A stretch of DNA of 63,518 nucleotides, filler included, from Sluysia triapertura (taxonomy: Eukaryota): NCBI GenBank assembly GCA_046118255.1. It is 5 parts of 5 records of this genome, joined end to end, with 100 filler letters (N's around TTAATTAATTAA, not from the genome) between each part and the next. Parts side by side here need not be neighbours in the genome. Positions count along the whole stretch, not along the records: positions 25,117 to 39,719 come from JBJNIA010253635.1; positions 39,820 to 51,898 come from JBJNIA010141502.1; positions 51,999 to 63,518 come from JBJNIA010183835.1; 2 more parts are not named here. The stretch is one strand, 5' to 3'. Positions 39,165 to 54,094 of this stretch are shown in pieces. Made by a program: the position numbers and the translations under genes. Position 1 is the stretch's first letter; every line of letters begins with the position of its first letter. The notes under the pieces are model-generated. The model saw only the letters and a list, made by a program, of their open reading frames with translations, was not told where the DNA came from and ran no database searches.

Positions 39165-39423
39165 CATAACTTTTTAAAAACTGCTCCAGAATATTGATTT
39201 ATCTGTTCCTTGCAATCATCCCAGTCTAAATAAATTCCGCTAACATGACCAGCTGGAACTGCATAATAAAATTTTGATGATACGGCATTGTTTTCCATGA
39301 AGCATCGGGCTTCGTAAAAAATTTTCGAAAATAAATATCATCAAAACTTTCAATTCTTGCTTCGCATTCTTCCCAGAAAGAATAAATTCCGGGTTTCTTG
39401 CGTAATATAACCTCATAAAACAT
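39165..39423 (-). pseudogene. Two tandem RNase H1 N-terminal hybrid-binding (Cauli_VI-type) domains, frameshifted
   Basis: MFYEVILRKKPGIYSFWEECEARIESFDDIYFRKF and, in another frame, FYYAVPAGHVSGIYLDWDDCKEQINQYSGAVFKKL; both match FYAVxxGxxxGIYxxWxECxxQVxGFxGAxFKKF. Confidence 0.78.
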
Positions 39424-40349
39424 AGAGTTCAAATTCTTGGCTTTTGTAACTAATACTTTAATTTTTTAAAAAAACTTTATTTAAATTACAACCTTTGAAT
39501 ATTATGTTTATTTTATATAGATCAAAAAATAAAATAATGTAATGTTGAGTTCACATTAGATTCCAGTAATTAATTTTTATTAATATATTCAGTTTTGTAA
39601 ATAATCGACTCGTTATTTATGATTTTTAAACTAAAATTATGGAAATTAATTTATCACTAAACTTGATTATTTAAACAAGGTTCCATAATTAAGAAAAAAT
39701 TGAAATTACTACAATTATANNNNNNNNNNNNNNNNNNNNNNNNNNNNNNNNNNNNNNNNNNNNTTAATTAATTAANNNNNNNNNNNNNNNNNNNNNNNNN
39801 NNNNNNNNNNNNNNNNNNNGTATATATATATATATATGTATATAACGATCTAAATCCTCTTGGGATATTCGATCTAATGGTATGTATAAATTAAATTTAA
39901 AATTTCCCCTCAATACATCGGGGTTCTCACTAAAAATTAATAACAAAATTAATTTTAAGTATATTTTAGGATCTTGATTTTAGTAAATCAAAATCGCCTT
40001 AATAATAAAATACTTTACTCTTTCATGGATCTGATAATAAAATCCTTGACGAAGTTGTTTGATTGTGATTTCATTTAACCAAAGATTTTCCAAAAGTGGT
40101 TGTCTGAATGAAATAATTACAAGATAATTAAATAGCTGAATTGAATGACTGATATTTGAAATGACTAATTAAATGGCGATTTTCATTAAACTGATGCTGG
40201 TTTATATACTAGTCATCAACGAATGAAAATCAATGGTATGTTGTATAACATATTCTAGAAGCTTCTATTCTATTTATAGAAGCAAATTTTCTTTTTTAGA
40301 ATTTCTATTTTCTCTTTTGGAAAATTAATAATTTTTGGTGTTTTTTGAC

Positions 40350-40740
40350 ACAAATAATTTTAAAACATTTTGTGAGATTTTAAAAGGTGGTGATGGCAGA
40401 CCTAACGATATTGTAAAATCAAATGAGATCAGACATAAACATTCATGCCGAAAACCTTAATGAGATATTTTGATTAATGAACGAAACCTGGAATACGACA
40501 AAAATAAAAGAAAAAAATCATGTGGCCAGTATGAAGAAATAACTGTATTTAATGAAAAATGGCTCGTGAATTGAGATTGGAAAACGAAAACTTCAAAATG
40601 TAAAGTTTAATGAAGTCAGAGATAAAGCTATCGCAGAGGTATTGAACCCATAGTTTAAAAAAGGAATTTTGGATGATGATAAATACGAAGTCATGGGAAA
40701 ATATGTAAAATTCACTCCAATCTCAATACAAATTAAATGA
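40350..40740 (+). mobile_element. Possible hAT transposase remnant
   Basis: Broken frames give FCEILK and AIAEVLNP*FK, resembling the hAT AxxLDPRFK motif. Confidence 0.3.
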
Positions 40741-43700
40741 AATATTTCATTTAAATACAACAATCCAATCTCAAATTAGATTCATTAATCATTCTTCATA
40801 TTTATAAACCACCACACTAAAATATTAAGTTGCAGTTTTTTATAAATTTTCAATTTATTTCATTTACAATAATTATGATTATGATTATTATTAATTATTA
40901 TATTTTTAATAAAAATTATATCTTATTAATTATTTTAATTACTGATTGCTTGAAATGTATTTAACTCAACTTCAATTAAGTTTTAATTAGAAATTATTTA
41001 TTTTCAATTACTTATTACTTAAATTTAAATTACTTTTAATAATTTTACTAAGATTGTAATTAAATTTATTTTACTTTTTCTTATACTAAAGACATTTAAC
41101 TTTAAAAATTCTTTTTTTTTCATACGAGAGTTTGTCTTACGAATATTCGTTTTGTAAATCCAGTCGATAAAACAAGTTTAATTCTTAATTTGTTTCTTTC
41201 GTAGAAATGAAAATGCAAATTGCAATAATTAAATCTTTAAGCCTCTATGCTCAGAAATTTAACTAATTAACTAGATATACGATTTATTATGAAAGAAAAA
41301 TTTATTACTTCACAAATATAAATATAATGATATAACTATAAGAATATAATTACATGAATGATTTTAGATTTAGAAATCTTTAGATTGGAAGAAAATCTTT
41401 ACTGAAAATTTCTATGTATATTAAAAATTCTTTAAATTTCAAATATAACTTTATTATTAATGTAATAAATGTTTTCAACATAATATCCAAGGTAATAACA
41501 AAATATAAAATAATATGTAAAAATTTGTAAATTTAAGTTGATAATTATTACGATTATAATGTGTTAAAATATAAATAATTATCCTAAATTACTTAAGAAT
41601 AATATAAAATCAGAATTCAGTAACATAATCACATCCCATTTTTGATTGAAATTGTATAAATGGTTATTTTAAAATGAGATTAAAATGAAATTAAAATTTA
41701 TAAGCACCAAATCTTACTATTATAGTCAATAAAATTATTTTAAAATTAATATAAAATCAAACTTTAAGAGCATAAAACACGATCAAAATTATCCTACAAA
41801 CATGAGTTAGAATATTATAATACATAAGATAAAATCATATTAAATTGAGATTGAACAGACCAGTATGAAAACAAAATTTAATAACATTATTTTGGAGGGC
41901 ATTAAATAATTTAATTTTGATGAGTTATATATATTTCTATTTAATTTCGAATTTATATTAAAGAAATTTAAAAGTTTAACTAAATAACATCAATTCAACT
42001 TTGATCTGAGAACCTTTAACAAACTAAGCTTAAGGCCTGCAAAAATTAGCAATTTAAAAGCAATAACAAAGCTTAATATCTTAAATCAAACATTAAAGAA
42101 CACAATATAAATATACTCACAATATAAACACAATTAGGAACATAGTCTCAGTTAAGAACACATCGGCATTTAAAATTTTTTCTATTTTTTACGATTTTTG
42201 AATGTCGGTTTTGATAAGATCTTTCTCTATTTACAACACCAGGTATAATCATAAAGAAATCTGAAGTTACCACATAATTTTTAATATCAGAATTATTAAA
42301 CGTTAATGAAATGTATGGATCGTCAATATACATTGGTGACTGAACCTCTTTCTTTTCGAAATAACTAGTATTGGTGATGAAAGTGCCGTTAATATAATTA
42401 TATAGAAAATATAATGGAATAACTTTATAACAAATTTAACAACTTCCAAAACAAAATATTGATTTTTTTAACCACAGTTTTACATAATTATTTTTATTTT
42501 TAAAATAAAAAAACAAACCAATATGTTCATCGGTATCACTTAAAATAAAATTATCATTTGAATTATTAACATAAATAGCATTATTACACTGTAAAATTTT
42601 TTTACTAATATTTTCCTGATACTTGACTTGAAAATTAAATGATTTAATACTATTATCCAAACTGATACAAATTTTACTCATAAACTCAATTTGATTATAA
42701 TAAAATATTCTACCTACATTAACAGCAGTGTCAACAATTAATATATGTATAGAAATTACAAATAAAATAAGTAGAACTAAAAAATTATACGTTGTTTCAA
42801 ATGGTCTACGACTAGCACTAACAATAAAATATTTCAATAATAAAACAATTGCGATATACCATTGAAATGGCCTTTTTTAATTATTTTACTATTAATCAAT
42901 TCATAAAATGTTGAAAATTTCGATTTATTCACTTTTACTGAATTATAGCATTTTTCAATAAACTTCTTCACAATAAGCTCGCTGTGACAGTTTCAGTAAC
43001 TTAAAATTATTAACATAAATTATTGATTTTTTTATTATCATAAAAATATATATGTACTTACATTGCCTAAAGTTAAATAGAAAAAACAAATTGTTTAAAT
43101 CAAATGATATAAAATCAAATCACAAATATTTTCAAGCATTTTCATTAATGATGAATTTGTATTGTTCATTCTTTTTAGCAATAAATAACACAAATGCTGT
43201 TGCTGATATTATCGGTACAACTTTTGACAAAACGTATAAAAATGTATGAATAGGTTTAGAATAGGTTTTGTCATTAACGAAACTCTCTACTTGTTTTGCT
43301 CGCACAATGTTCAATTTCGAGATTGTATCCATGGTTTTGTAATTAAATTTCGATAATTCTTCTGAATTGTTGCGAGTAGGTAGATCGACTATATATGTGG
43401 TCTCTATTCCATTTTTGGTAACAATTTTAGAATATGATGCGTTACATATCTTAATTTATGAAAGATTTCAAACTGCACTAAGTTACTTTCCAATAATATG
43501 TTTGTCATTTTTAAAGTCAGTACAATTTATAACTTTATAACAAAAAAATTGACGATATTTGTTTTAAACAGACGTTATGCTTGATAACTTGTTTCTGTTG
43601 TTAGAGATAGAAGTTTTTGTAAATTTCTATTAGCTTCAATTTAGAAACCTCGTTTAAAAAAATAAATGATCAATTAAAATATATTCTTGTATCATTTCTG

Positions 43701-46700
43701 GAGTATCTTTTGTTCCCAATTGTTGATCAACACATGTTAATAGTTGAGTGAACTCGTCTCGATCTATAGTGGGCCCCATTCGGCCGCAATAAGGTAGCGT
43801 GCGTTTGGTACCTATGGTCGATGATAAATTATGAATACACATCCACACGTTTGAATAATAAGCTTTTGCTTTTTCGATATATTGTGTGTAGTATTGAGGA
43901 AAAACAAAAAAATAAAAAGAAAGATTGATAATAAGCATAAAAGAAATAATAATGATAACAATAACGTAGTTATTATGTTTATTAATGATAGTATTATTAA
44001 TGGTAATATGAAATTTATTATAAAAGTTATTATAACGATTATTATTTGCTACTCATATTATATAACAAAAATGACAATAATTATTATATTTATTGTTTAA
44101 TACGATTTGAATTGTAATAATAATAGTTGTAGTTCATGATAACTGTGTACAATGATTGTTTGTTTTTTGATTTTTTGTTTTTAGCAATTTGCTTAATGAT
44201 CTATGTATATGTGAAATGTTTTTATGTACTGAAGTGTTTTGAATTTTATAAGATTTTCCTACAATTATATTCAAAAAAATTAAGTTAAATTAGAGATTAG
44301 ATAAAACAAACAGATATGATATATAATCAAAATTCCAAAGCATTATAATCGACTAATATCTAAAGTAAATTTAAAATCACCATACAGCTAAATCGAGAAA
44401 CTAATAGCAATAATAATAATAACTGTCAATAATTATTTGATTATTTATGACTATATGAATTACTTTAAACTGTGTTAATTGTAATAACTATTGGAATTAT
44501 TTTAAACTATAATATTTACTGATTATAATCTATAATTATTTATTGTAGCAAACATACTATATATATAAGTAAAAACAAAATATGCAAGAAAGAAAGAGAA
44601 ATTTCGAGTTAGAATTGTATAATAAATTGAAAAAAATATTTATACTTACTTAAACGAGCTCGAAATTCATTTACTAGATTATCATTTGTTATTTTATTAT
44701 AATTTATGTACTAATAATTTAAAGCCTTTGTCAGATCTTGTGAGATTCTATCCATATAATACACAATCATTCAATATACAAGAATTTAAAACGTAGTGTT
44801 TTGAAATCGATATCAGTATTATTAGTCGAAGATGATAATGATGATGATCGTGCTAAGAGAAGTAAAGAGAAAAAGAACCAGTTACACTGTCTATTCGCGG
44901 GCTAGCCTGGAACACAAAAGCCCTGAAGGAGTCATACAATTAGTTCACAATTAAATTAGGACTTAAGTCTTTTTCAAAACTCATATAATTTTTGTATTAA
45001 TATTGAAATTTCGTTCTTTTTTATTTTTTTTGTTAAATGTTTTATTAATAAAGCAATAATTAATTTTTTGATAACAATAAATAATAATTTAATTATTTTA
45101 ATGAATTCTGTAAACTTATAATAAAGTTTAAAGACTTTATAAATGTTAGATGCTTGTTACAGTTTTTCGTATGTTCTATATAATCTTTTTTACATTTTTT
45201 ATACCATAACTTGAGTAGCCAAAATTTGCATTCATGGTCGGTAACACCAAAAACAATAACAACATCAAGTTCTTATAAATTAACATCCACTTTGATAAGT
45301 CCATGAGTATTTTACTTAAGTACCTAGAGTGCCATCAACCAATCATAATAGTTATAAGTAAATCCATTATTTTTTAATTATAATAGTAATTAATTTCACT
45401 TTCATAAAGTCACATTCTTTTAATCTAAATCTTTACAAATTTAATGTTATGATTTTATGATTAATTCATTAAGGTTTAGAAGACGAAACAGTGAATTATT
45501 AATGAAATCTGGATTACGTAAATTATAACATTGTTATTTATAAACAATTCAAAAGTTAAAACAAAGAATTCAAAATAACTATAAAACTCATATATTAAAT
45601 AGTGTACATCAATACACATTGGGAGGATAAAAGTTGATAGAATGTTAGAAAAAAATTAGTTAGGATAAAAATTTTACTTAAAACTCATCAGTTTAATTCT
45701 GCCATTAACAAATTCGATTGTGGTGCAAAGACTTGGAATCATATAGAAAACCATAACTGACCAACAAAAAATTGAAAGAAGAAACACAATTTGACAAATG
45801 TATGTTACGAGAATTTCTAGAAGAAAAATTCTACAATAAAAGATTTAAAATGTTTATATACACCATTCTTCTCAGACATTGAAATCACATAACATATAGT
45901 CCTAGCTACTCTGATCAGTTTGGTAATGACTTTAATTTTAGCCATAAAATCTGACTAAAAACTCCATTCCATCGTAAACATCAATTTAACATTTATTGAG
46001 CCTCTTATTGACAGAATGAAACTCATTCATTAACATAAAAATATCTTTGAGCTTAGCTTTAACTGTAGTAACCGTTTTATCAACTTTGTAAGCTTTGTTC
46101 ATAAAAATGACTTTATCCAAAATATTAACTTCACTTGTGAGGATCTTATTATCAACAAGACAAGCTGTGTTCATCATCATTAATTTATTAATAATGTTGA
46201 AATTAGTCGTTTTCATGATGAACTCTTTGATTAAAACTTTATTGATGATTATTGTTAGATTTTGCTTTAAATTATTACAATTAAATTCATGCAAAAAGTG
46301 AAATTTATTAGTAAAATTAAAAATTAGAACTAAATCTGGTATTTGTGAAATTTATTGTAATTGCCAAATTGTTGTAACAGCTGATATGGAAATTTTCAAC
46401 AACTTTATTGTTTCCCATTTTCTGTACCTTTGCTAAATTTTTGGGTGATCTACCAATTTAAGTAGCACATTATAAATCTCTAAATTACCACATTTTACGA
46501 TACAGTAATTTATGAATTTATTATTTTTATCAAATGATTATCGATATCACTTTATGCATAATACACAGAAGATAAAAACGAATATGTTGAATTTTGTGTT
46601 AATGTGGGATAATGAATTGGTAAGCCAATAGAAGTAGCGGTAGCAGGTAATTTGTCATTAGATAAGGAATTAAAACAATAATCTGAGGTAGACGGATAAC

Positions 46701-49700
46701 GCAGCACAGCATCATCATTATTATTGTTATTATTATTACCAACACTGATGTTATTATGATTACAATTTCCTTTACAACTTGCCATTTTTGAGTTAGAATT
46801 CTGAAGCTGGTGTTGTAAATGATATTTTATTAAATAATTTTAATTGTTTTTCATTTGCAAATGACCATATTGTCTATCTGTTAAAGAGTTATGATTTGTC
46901 TTTTGTTTTTATTATTTTATGTGCTACTAATATATTTAACCGATTGCTACAATAAAACGACTTACAATGCAAAGTGGTCATTCCTTTAACAAATAGAAAA
47001 ATCTAACTTTCGATTTTCTTACTCTTCAATGTACTGCATATATCTTAATTGCTAGAAAGTTAGAAGGTCTTAATATAATTATCTTGTTCCTCAGGAAATT
47101 GAAACACTACTTTTTTTTCGACATTTACTCTCCTAATTACAATGCTTTACCTTATTGCTACATCGAAATGCTAATACAGAGGATATGACTGCTAGATTTG
47201 AAATCCTTACAAACTTTTTAATACTATTTCTAATTAACAATTAACAAGTTTAACGATATAAAAACAAATTTATTATAAAATTGTAATAAATTTAATGAAC
47301 AATGGAATTAATAAAAATCAAGTTTATAATTAAATCCTTATTAAGGTTTTTAACTTTTAATAAATATGAGATTTTATAAATGATTTTATCCATCAGTAAA
47401 TCGAGGACCAAAATTCATTTAAAATTGATTTTAAGAGTTAAAATCATCTTAACATAAATAACTTACCGAAATTATCATGGAAAATATTAGATTGAAAATT
47501 TCCAAAAATTTATATTCAAATATTAAACTGAATAAATATAGCTTCTCATTATCACACAAAAATTTACGATTTCTTTATGATTCAGTAACATCTGTATGTA
47601 TAGTTAGCAGCCAATCAAAATCAAAATTTTTTTTCGAAAACTTTTATTTTTGTAAAATTAATATCTTTTTTAAGTTTTAGAAATTTTAAATAGTTCTGAT
47701 GACAATCTAACATACATACACTACCCAAAATTGTTTTATTTATTTCAGATCGTAAGCTTAAAAGTCCATTAACACTAAATACAAATTAATACTCAGTCTA
47801 ATCCAATAAATCAAATAATATTCACTATATTCAGTATTATTACAAATTCAAATTACGCTTGCACAAATAAACAAGGTATCCTCCCACCTTCCATCCATTT
47901 TGGAGAGATGAGGATGGTTTAACATGGACATATCTATCTACCTTAATATTAAAGATTTATTAAAATATACGAAATTGGTACCATCCATATGTATAATAAT
48001 ATAATAATTACAATAATAACAAAAAAAATAATAATAAAGAATATAACGTGCCAATTTGTAAAAATAATGTTTTAAAAAGGAGGCGATGCCCATATTCAAT
48101 GAAGATATAAATAATTATTAACTTCTCAGTAAAATAAGTAGTTAGAACCGTTTAAATAGTTTAATCAAAGAAATTTAATTAAAAGTTTAATTTAAAAGGT
48201 AACAAAATTTTCTTTCTAACGATCGAAATATGTGGTATAATTATAAGCGTTAATTTATTAATTGCATGATTGGTACCATCCTGCAACTTCGACACGATCC
48301 AACATTAACGATTTTTTCTTAATTGAATATTTTGTTTGTTTATTTTTATTAGGAAAGCTTACTTAAGTAAGCTTTTAATTTAATACATTATTATCAAAAT
48401 CATTGACAAAATCTATTCGAGCATATGAAGAACTATACTAATTTTTCTTTTTTTGTTATTTTAGGAATATGCTTATTAATATTAATTATAGTGAATTTGA
48501 GTTTTTTTGTTTTTTTCGAATTACTTTTAATGGAATATTAATCATCATTTGAGGAAATTGAAAATAAAGATTTCGTATTTACATTACTCTTATTCGTTAC
48601 AATTAAAATAATGAAATAATCATGCATCTTCTTAGACCCTCATACTTAAATTATTCAAATTGATGTTAAAAACCTATATGAATGCCAGTCATAAGGTCAT
48701 GAGTTACTATAGGCGAACTCAACACATACATAGAAAAAATTTATCAGACAATTTACTTCATATAATAAAATTAATTAAACATTTTAACGTAAAATGCAGT
48801 ACAAGCAAAATGTCTGCATAGATTTAATTTTTGATGCACCATCAATCGAAAATGTTTATCGTTCTAAGAGGAACAAAACTGTCTGTTAAACTCTAGATAA
48901 ATGTCACAGGGTAATTAACATATTAAACAAGAATTATTAAAGATTGTTAATAAAACAATTGTACTATTAGTTGATTGATTTAGTCTTTAACAATATAAGC
49001 TATTAATGTCAGTGAAAATTATAATACTAAAGTGTATTATAATAAATCTATATACTTGGATTTTATAAAGTTGATGATTTTAAATTAAGTTTTACAATAG
49101 ATAGCATTTATAAAACTTTAAAAATTAGTAGATAGTAAAATAAAATAAAAATTCAAATTTCATTTACTGAGTATAATGACATTGTAACAAATCATAGTGA
49201 AGAAATTTTTAAATACTAAAATAACAANNNNNNNNNNNNNNNNNNNNNNNNNNNNNNNNNNNNNNNNNNNNNNNNNNNNNNNNNNNNNNNNNNNNNNNNN
49301 NNNNNNNNNNNNNNNNNNNNNNNNNNNNNNNNNNNNNNNNNNNNNNNNNNNNNNNNNNNNNNNNNNNNNNNNNCGGATCAGGAGTTAAGTAAGAAACATA
49401 TAGAATTGTAAAATGAAGGAAGAACTGATACAAAATGATGGATTGAACATTATAAACATTGTTGGAATAAGAATTATGAAAATGAAAACATCTATAATTA
49501 TGTCGATAGCTAGAGAATACTTTCGAATTCCAAAGACCTTTTGGAAGCTTGAGATTGACTTGGAAAACCTTTGAAGCATTAAGGTACTTTTGAACTTGTG
49601 AACCTTTAGATTGTTTAAGACATTAGTAACCTTTAAGTATTTTTGGAACATCGATAGGCATTGGAGATCCTTTAGTAATCTTATAAAGTATTTAAAATAT

Positions 49701-50639
49701 TTGAGAAATAAAATCATTATTATTGGTATTAAAAATAAATCTAGCATGGTAATAATTAACATGAAGAAGTAGAAAAAGGAATCAGAAAGGTGAAGGTGAA
49801 AACATATAGAGCCTCCTGAATGCATTATTAACTACTAAATAACTTTAGAACCTTAATAAAACCTCTAAAAATTAAATAAGATTAAGTCAAAAAATAGATT
49901 AATTAATTAAAAATCTTAATTAACTTAATTAAGAAAAAGTACGTTTTTGTGAATAACTTTTGAATGCGGAATGCTGTGCTGAATTTGAAACTGTGTATGT
50001 ATATGTTTTGAAAGGACCTTTCGATGAAGGTATGGTTTGATCGAGTTCATGCAAGGAAAATTTGAGCAAAGTCAAATTTTAATTAATTTTTACTTATGAA
50101 ATGTTGAATTTTTTATATTTAGAGTGATGTAATATGAGATGATTGCTACGAAAGAGGAGAATCTATAAGTGAGTTCCAAATGCTTGTATAATGGTTTGTT
50201 TGAGAATAAGAACCTTAAAACATTTTTCATTAGAAAATTGGGTGTGAAAAATCTAAAGTCAATTAAATTCTAAAAAGTGAAATTAAATTCATTATTTTTG
50301 TGAATGTTAACAATATTGTTGATTGGTATTTTAATGTGAGAAGTAATTTAAGTAAAAATAGATTGAGTAGAGTAAAAAAATTATGGTTGATAATAAATCA
50401 AATTTTTGTGTTTTGAAATTTGACTGAACGTACTATGTAATTGTCAAAGTTGTTATTGTCGGTCTAATTATCAAAGAGGTTTGGATGATTTGTGTAAGAA
50501 AGTGTTTGATTGATGAGAGTTTAAAATGAAAAACTTTAAAATTTTAACACACAACACAGCACAATTAAGTTAGAAGTTTCATGCTCTTGGTAATTATATT
50601 TGTTTTACTTTATTATCTTAATATTGTTATTTTGATTAT

Positions 50640-50641
50640 TA

Positions 50642-50679
<38 letters not shown>

Positions 50680-51435
50680 GTCATAGTAATATTCATTTAA
50701 TATAATATTCATTTAAAAATAATAATAATAATAAATAAATATTCATTTAATATAATATTCATTTAAAAATAATAATAATAATAAATAATGTCATTTAATA
50801 ATAATAATAATCATTTAATAATAATCATAATAATATAGTAATATTCATTTAATAATCATTTAATAATAATCATAATAATATAGTAATATTCATTTAATAA
50901 TCATTTAATAATCATTTAATAATCATTTAATAATAATCATAATAATATAGTAATATTCATTTAATAATCATTTAATAATAATTCATTTAATAATAATAAT
51001 AATATCATAATAATATTCATAATAATAATATATTCACTAAATAATAATAATAAAATATTCATAATTTGTTAATAAATTGATTTGCAAAGTAATATTTGAA
51101 TTCATAATTTTGTGCTGTTGTGTCTAATTATAGAATTTATTTGAATTCATAATTTTGTGCTGTAAAATATAGAAATTATTACACAAGTTTTTGTATCTAA
51201 TTATAGAATTTATTTGAATTCATAATTTTGTGCTGTAAAATATAGAAATTATTATACAAGTTTTTGTATCTAATTATAAAATTTATTTGAATTCATTTGT
51301 ATATTATAATTTTATGCTGTAAAAAATTTAAATCTAGAAATTTATTTATTTTTGGAACAATATAAAATTTATTTGAATTCATTTGTATATTATAATTTAA
51401 ATCTAGAAATTTATTTATTTTTGGAACAATATAAA
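50640..51435. repeat. Compound tandem repeats: (ATT)n, TCATTTAATAA arrays and ~70-75-bp units
   Basis: Repeated TCATTTAATAA, ATTTGAATTCATAATTTTGTGCTG and AATCTAGAAATTTATTTATTTTTGGAACAATATAAAA. Confidence 0.8.
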
Positions 51436-51496
51436 AGAGAACAATATTTTGCTATAATCATTAAGGGATTTTATATTTGAAATCGAGAGTCAAAAA

Positions 51497-51850
51497 TTTC
51501 GTTATTGAAATCGATAATTTTATTGAAAAACATTCGTTATTGAAACCGCTAATTTGATTGAAATACATTCGTTATTGAAACCGAAAATTTTATCGAAAGA
51601 CATTCGTTATTGAAACCGAAAATTTTATCGAAAGACATTCGTTATTGAAACCGAAAATTTTATTGAAAGACATTCGTTATTGAAACCGAAAATTTTATCG
51701 AAAGACATTCGTTATTGAAACCGATAATTTTATTGAAAAAACATTCGTTATTGAAACCGATAATTTGATTGAAATACATTCGTTATTGAAACCGATAATA
51801 TTATTGAAAGACATTCGTTACTGAAAGACATTCGTTACTGAAAGACAATC
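51497..51850. repeat. 35-bp minisatellite, ~9 copies
   Basis: CATTCGTTATTGAAACCGAAAATTTTATCGAAAGA starting at 51531, 51566, 51601, 51636, 51671, 51706, 51742, 51777 and 51812. Confidence 0.92.
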
Positions 51851-51998
51851 ATTATCTGTAAGTAATCATTTGTTATTTAACAGTTTTAAAATATTTAANN
51901 NNNNNNNNNNNNNNNNNNNNNNNNNNNNNNNNNNNNNNNNNNTTAATTAATTAANNNNNNNNNNNNNNNNNNNNNNNNNNNNNNNNNNNNNNNNNNNN

Positions 51999-52324
51999 TT
52001 GTTTCTGAAATGGTTATAAGTGTGATTTGAATGTTATTGTATCTGTGGTTTGTGATTTATGAGGTTTGTGTGATGGTTCTGACTTGTTTGATGGAGTATT
52101 TGATGAATTGATGTTGTGAATTTTGATAAGATGTTTAGTGAGTGAGTGTTTTGAGTTGTTGAAATGAATGTAAGAGCTTATTGCGTTGGGAATGTTCAGA
52201 TATGGATTAATTTATTGTCGGATGTAGTTTGTGAAGTGTGAGTTGGGAGAGTGTTATGGTTGTGCATGTTGTTTTATGTGATGAGTTTTATTTTATTTTT
52301 TAAGTTAAGGGGTTGGCCACTACA
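51999..52324 (-). repeat. Further copy of the TGTAGTGGCCAACCC-ended repeat
   Basis: G/T-skewed sequence ending GGGTTGGCCACTACA, the exact reverse complement of 2308-2322. Confidence 0.6.
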
Positions 52325-54094
52325 ACATAATCATGGTGTATAATTATCATTGGTTATATTTACTGTTATCATAATTTCTATCACAATAATAATTCTCCCA
52401 ATAATTTCACATTCTCGTAATTCAGTCAACATTATCACTTTAAACTGCATAATAATCTTATTATAATCTCATAATTTTTATCATTGTAATTTTATTATTC
52501 TTAAAAATTACTTTAACTTACTTCTTCACTCTCTTGTATATATGCATGTTTATCTGTTTATGATGATTCACATTTTTACTGTTTCTTACATTTTATTGCT
52601 GTCATTTCTGCTTTTTTCACTTCATTATTTTTTATCGTTTATACAAATCAATTATGTCACCTTGAAATGAAATAAGAAGTAAAATTTTGTGGCTGATACA
52701 AATCTTCGCACATCACATTACCACCAAGATCTGTCAACGAACAATTAATAAACCAAAAACCATACTAAGTAAAATTAACCAATTTGAACGCTACTTATAA
52801 TGAAATGATCAAACCATCAAATCCGTATACCACATAATTTAAAGGTGTTAAAGCACAGTTTTCTCTAGATACCGAAGCATTATTTGATAGACAATTGATA
52901 TCCAATTATTTAATACAAGAAAAAAGTACCTTTGAACAAGATAGGTAATACAATCCTTAATCTGTTTGGATCATCAGAAGAAAAACAAATAAGGTGACAA
53001 TGTAAACCCAAAACAGGAAACAAATTCAACTGAATAATCTAATGATGAATCCAAAGAATATCAAAGAATCTAAAGAAGCTGAAATAAGAAATAAAAGCGA
53101 TACCAAAAGTGCAATAAATACTACGAATAATTCTGTTTCAGGAAATAATTCTAAGCAAAATAATAAAACTGTTTCTAATAAATGCAGGATAAAATACGCC
53201 AAATAGGAATGATTATTTAATCCATTTACTTTTACTTCGCGTGTCGTTAAAAATTTCTACAATAAAATTACATCTAAATATAAAGTCAATAATTTAAAGT
53301 TAGCTATTAAATTTATAATCCCGGCTAGTTTTACAGTATTTTGACAAATAGGAAATGTGTAGCAGACGATAACTTTGACTTAACTCTAAGATTTTTATTT
53401 AATTTTTTAATTATAGTTTCGTACGTTTTCACTCCATTTATCTAGAATACAAACGAAATAATGGAATAATACAATATTTCATTATGGTGTTGTATTATTA
53501 TTTATTTTAGTATGTATGCTATCGAAAATGATTAATGTTTCAATTTATGATTACAAATTTTTGCAATTTCTCCAACATAAAAATATTAAATAAAATAATA
53601 AAAAATTAATAATAATTATTTATTAATATTTATTTTTAAAAATGATTTTGTGATTATATAAATGGAAGTAGTTAATTTAACAAATTTGTTTGGGATTTCA
53701 CATAATGAATCCTTACCTGATTATTCATTCAATCGTGATTATAACCAATCAATAATCGTATCCAGAACGAGCTCAAAACTAAGGAAATTAAATTTGTGAA
53801 TGCTTTGGAAACAGCTAGGTCAGAAATCTACAGACAAAACATGCATGATTTTTCAAGTCCTGCCGTTGTAATTATAGGTATATTTGTATTCATTATGTTC
53901 TTTTTAATCTTATATAATAAAAAAGCTGTTTGCTTGTTTAGTTTACTCGCTGTAGAATTTCTAATTGTTTTAAAAATTAAAGTTTTTAAATTTTAGTTAA
54001 CTTAACTTATTATAAAAATAAAATAAAAGTTAAAATTTAAATTTAAAAGTAAAAATTAAATTTTATAAAATTTAAGATTTTCAATAAGTTACAT

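Noticed and set aside
45220-45360. Possible retroviral-type aspartic protease fragment (minus strand)
   Set aside because: No DxG catalytic motif and only vague similarity.
49385-49825. 146-aa ORF and its relative at 32417-32653 as protein-coding genes
   Set aside because: No recognisable domain and the frames diverge outside a short core; treated as a dispersed repeat.
51497-51850. 35-bp repeats containing ATTGAAAC, superficially CRISPR-like
   Set aside because: Units are head-to-tail with no unique spacers, there are no cas genes, and the context is eukaryotic; it is a minisatellite.
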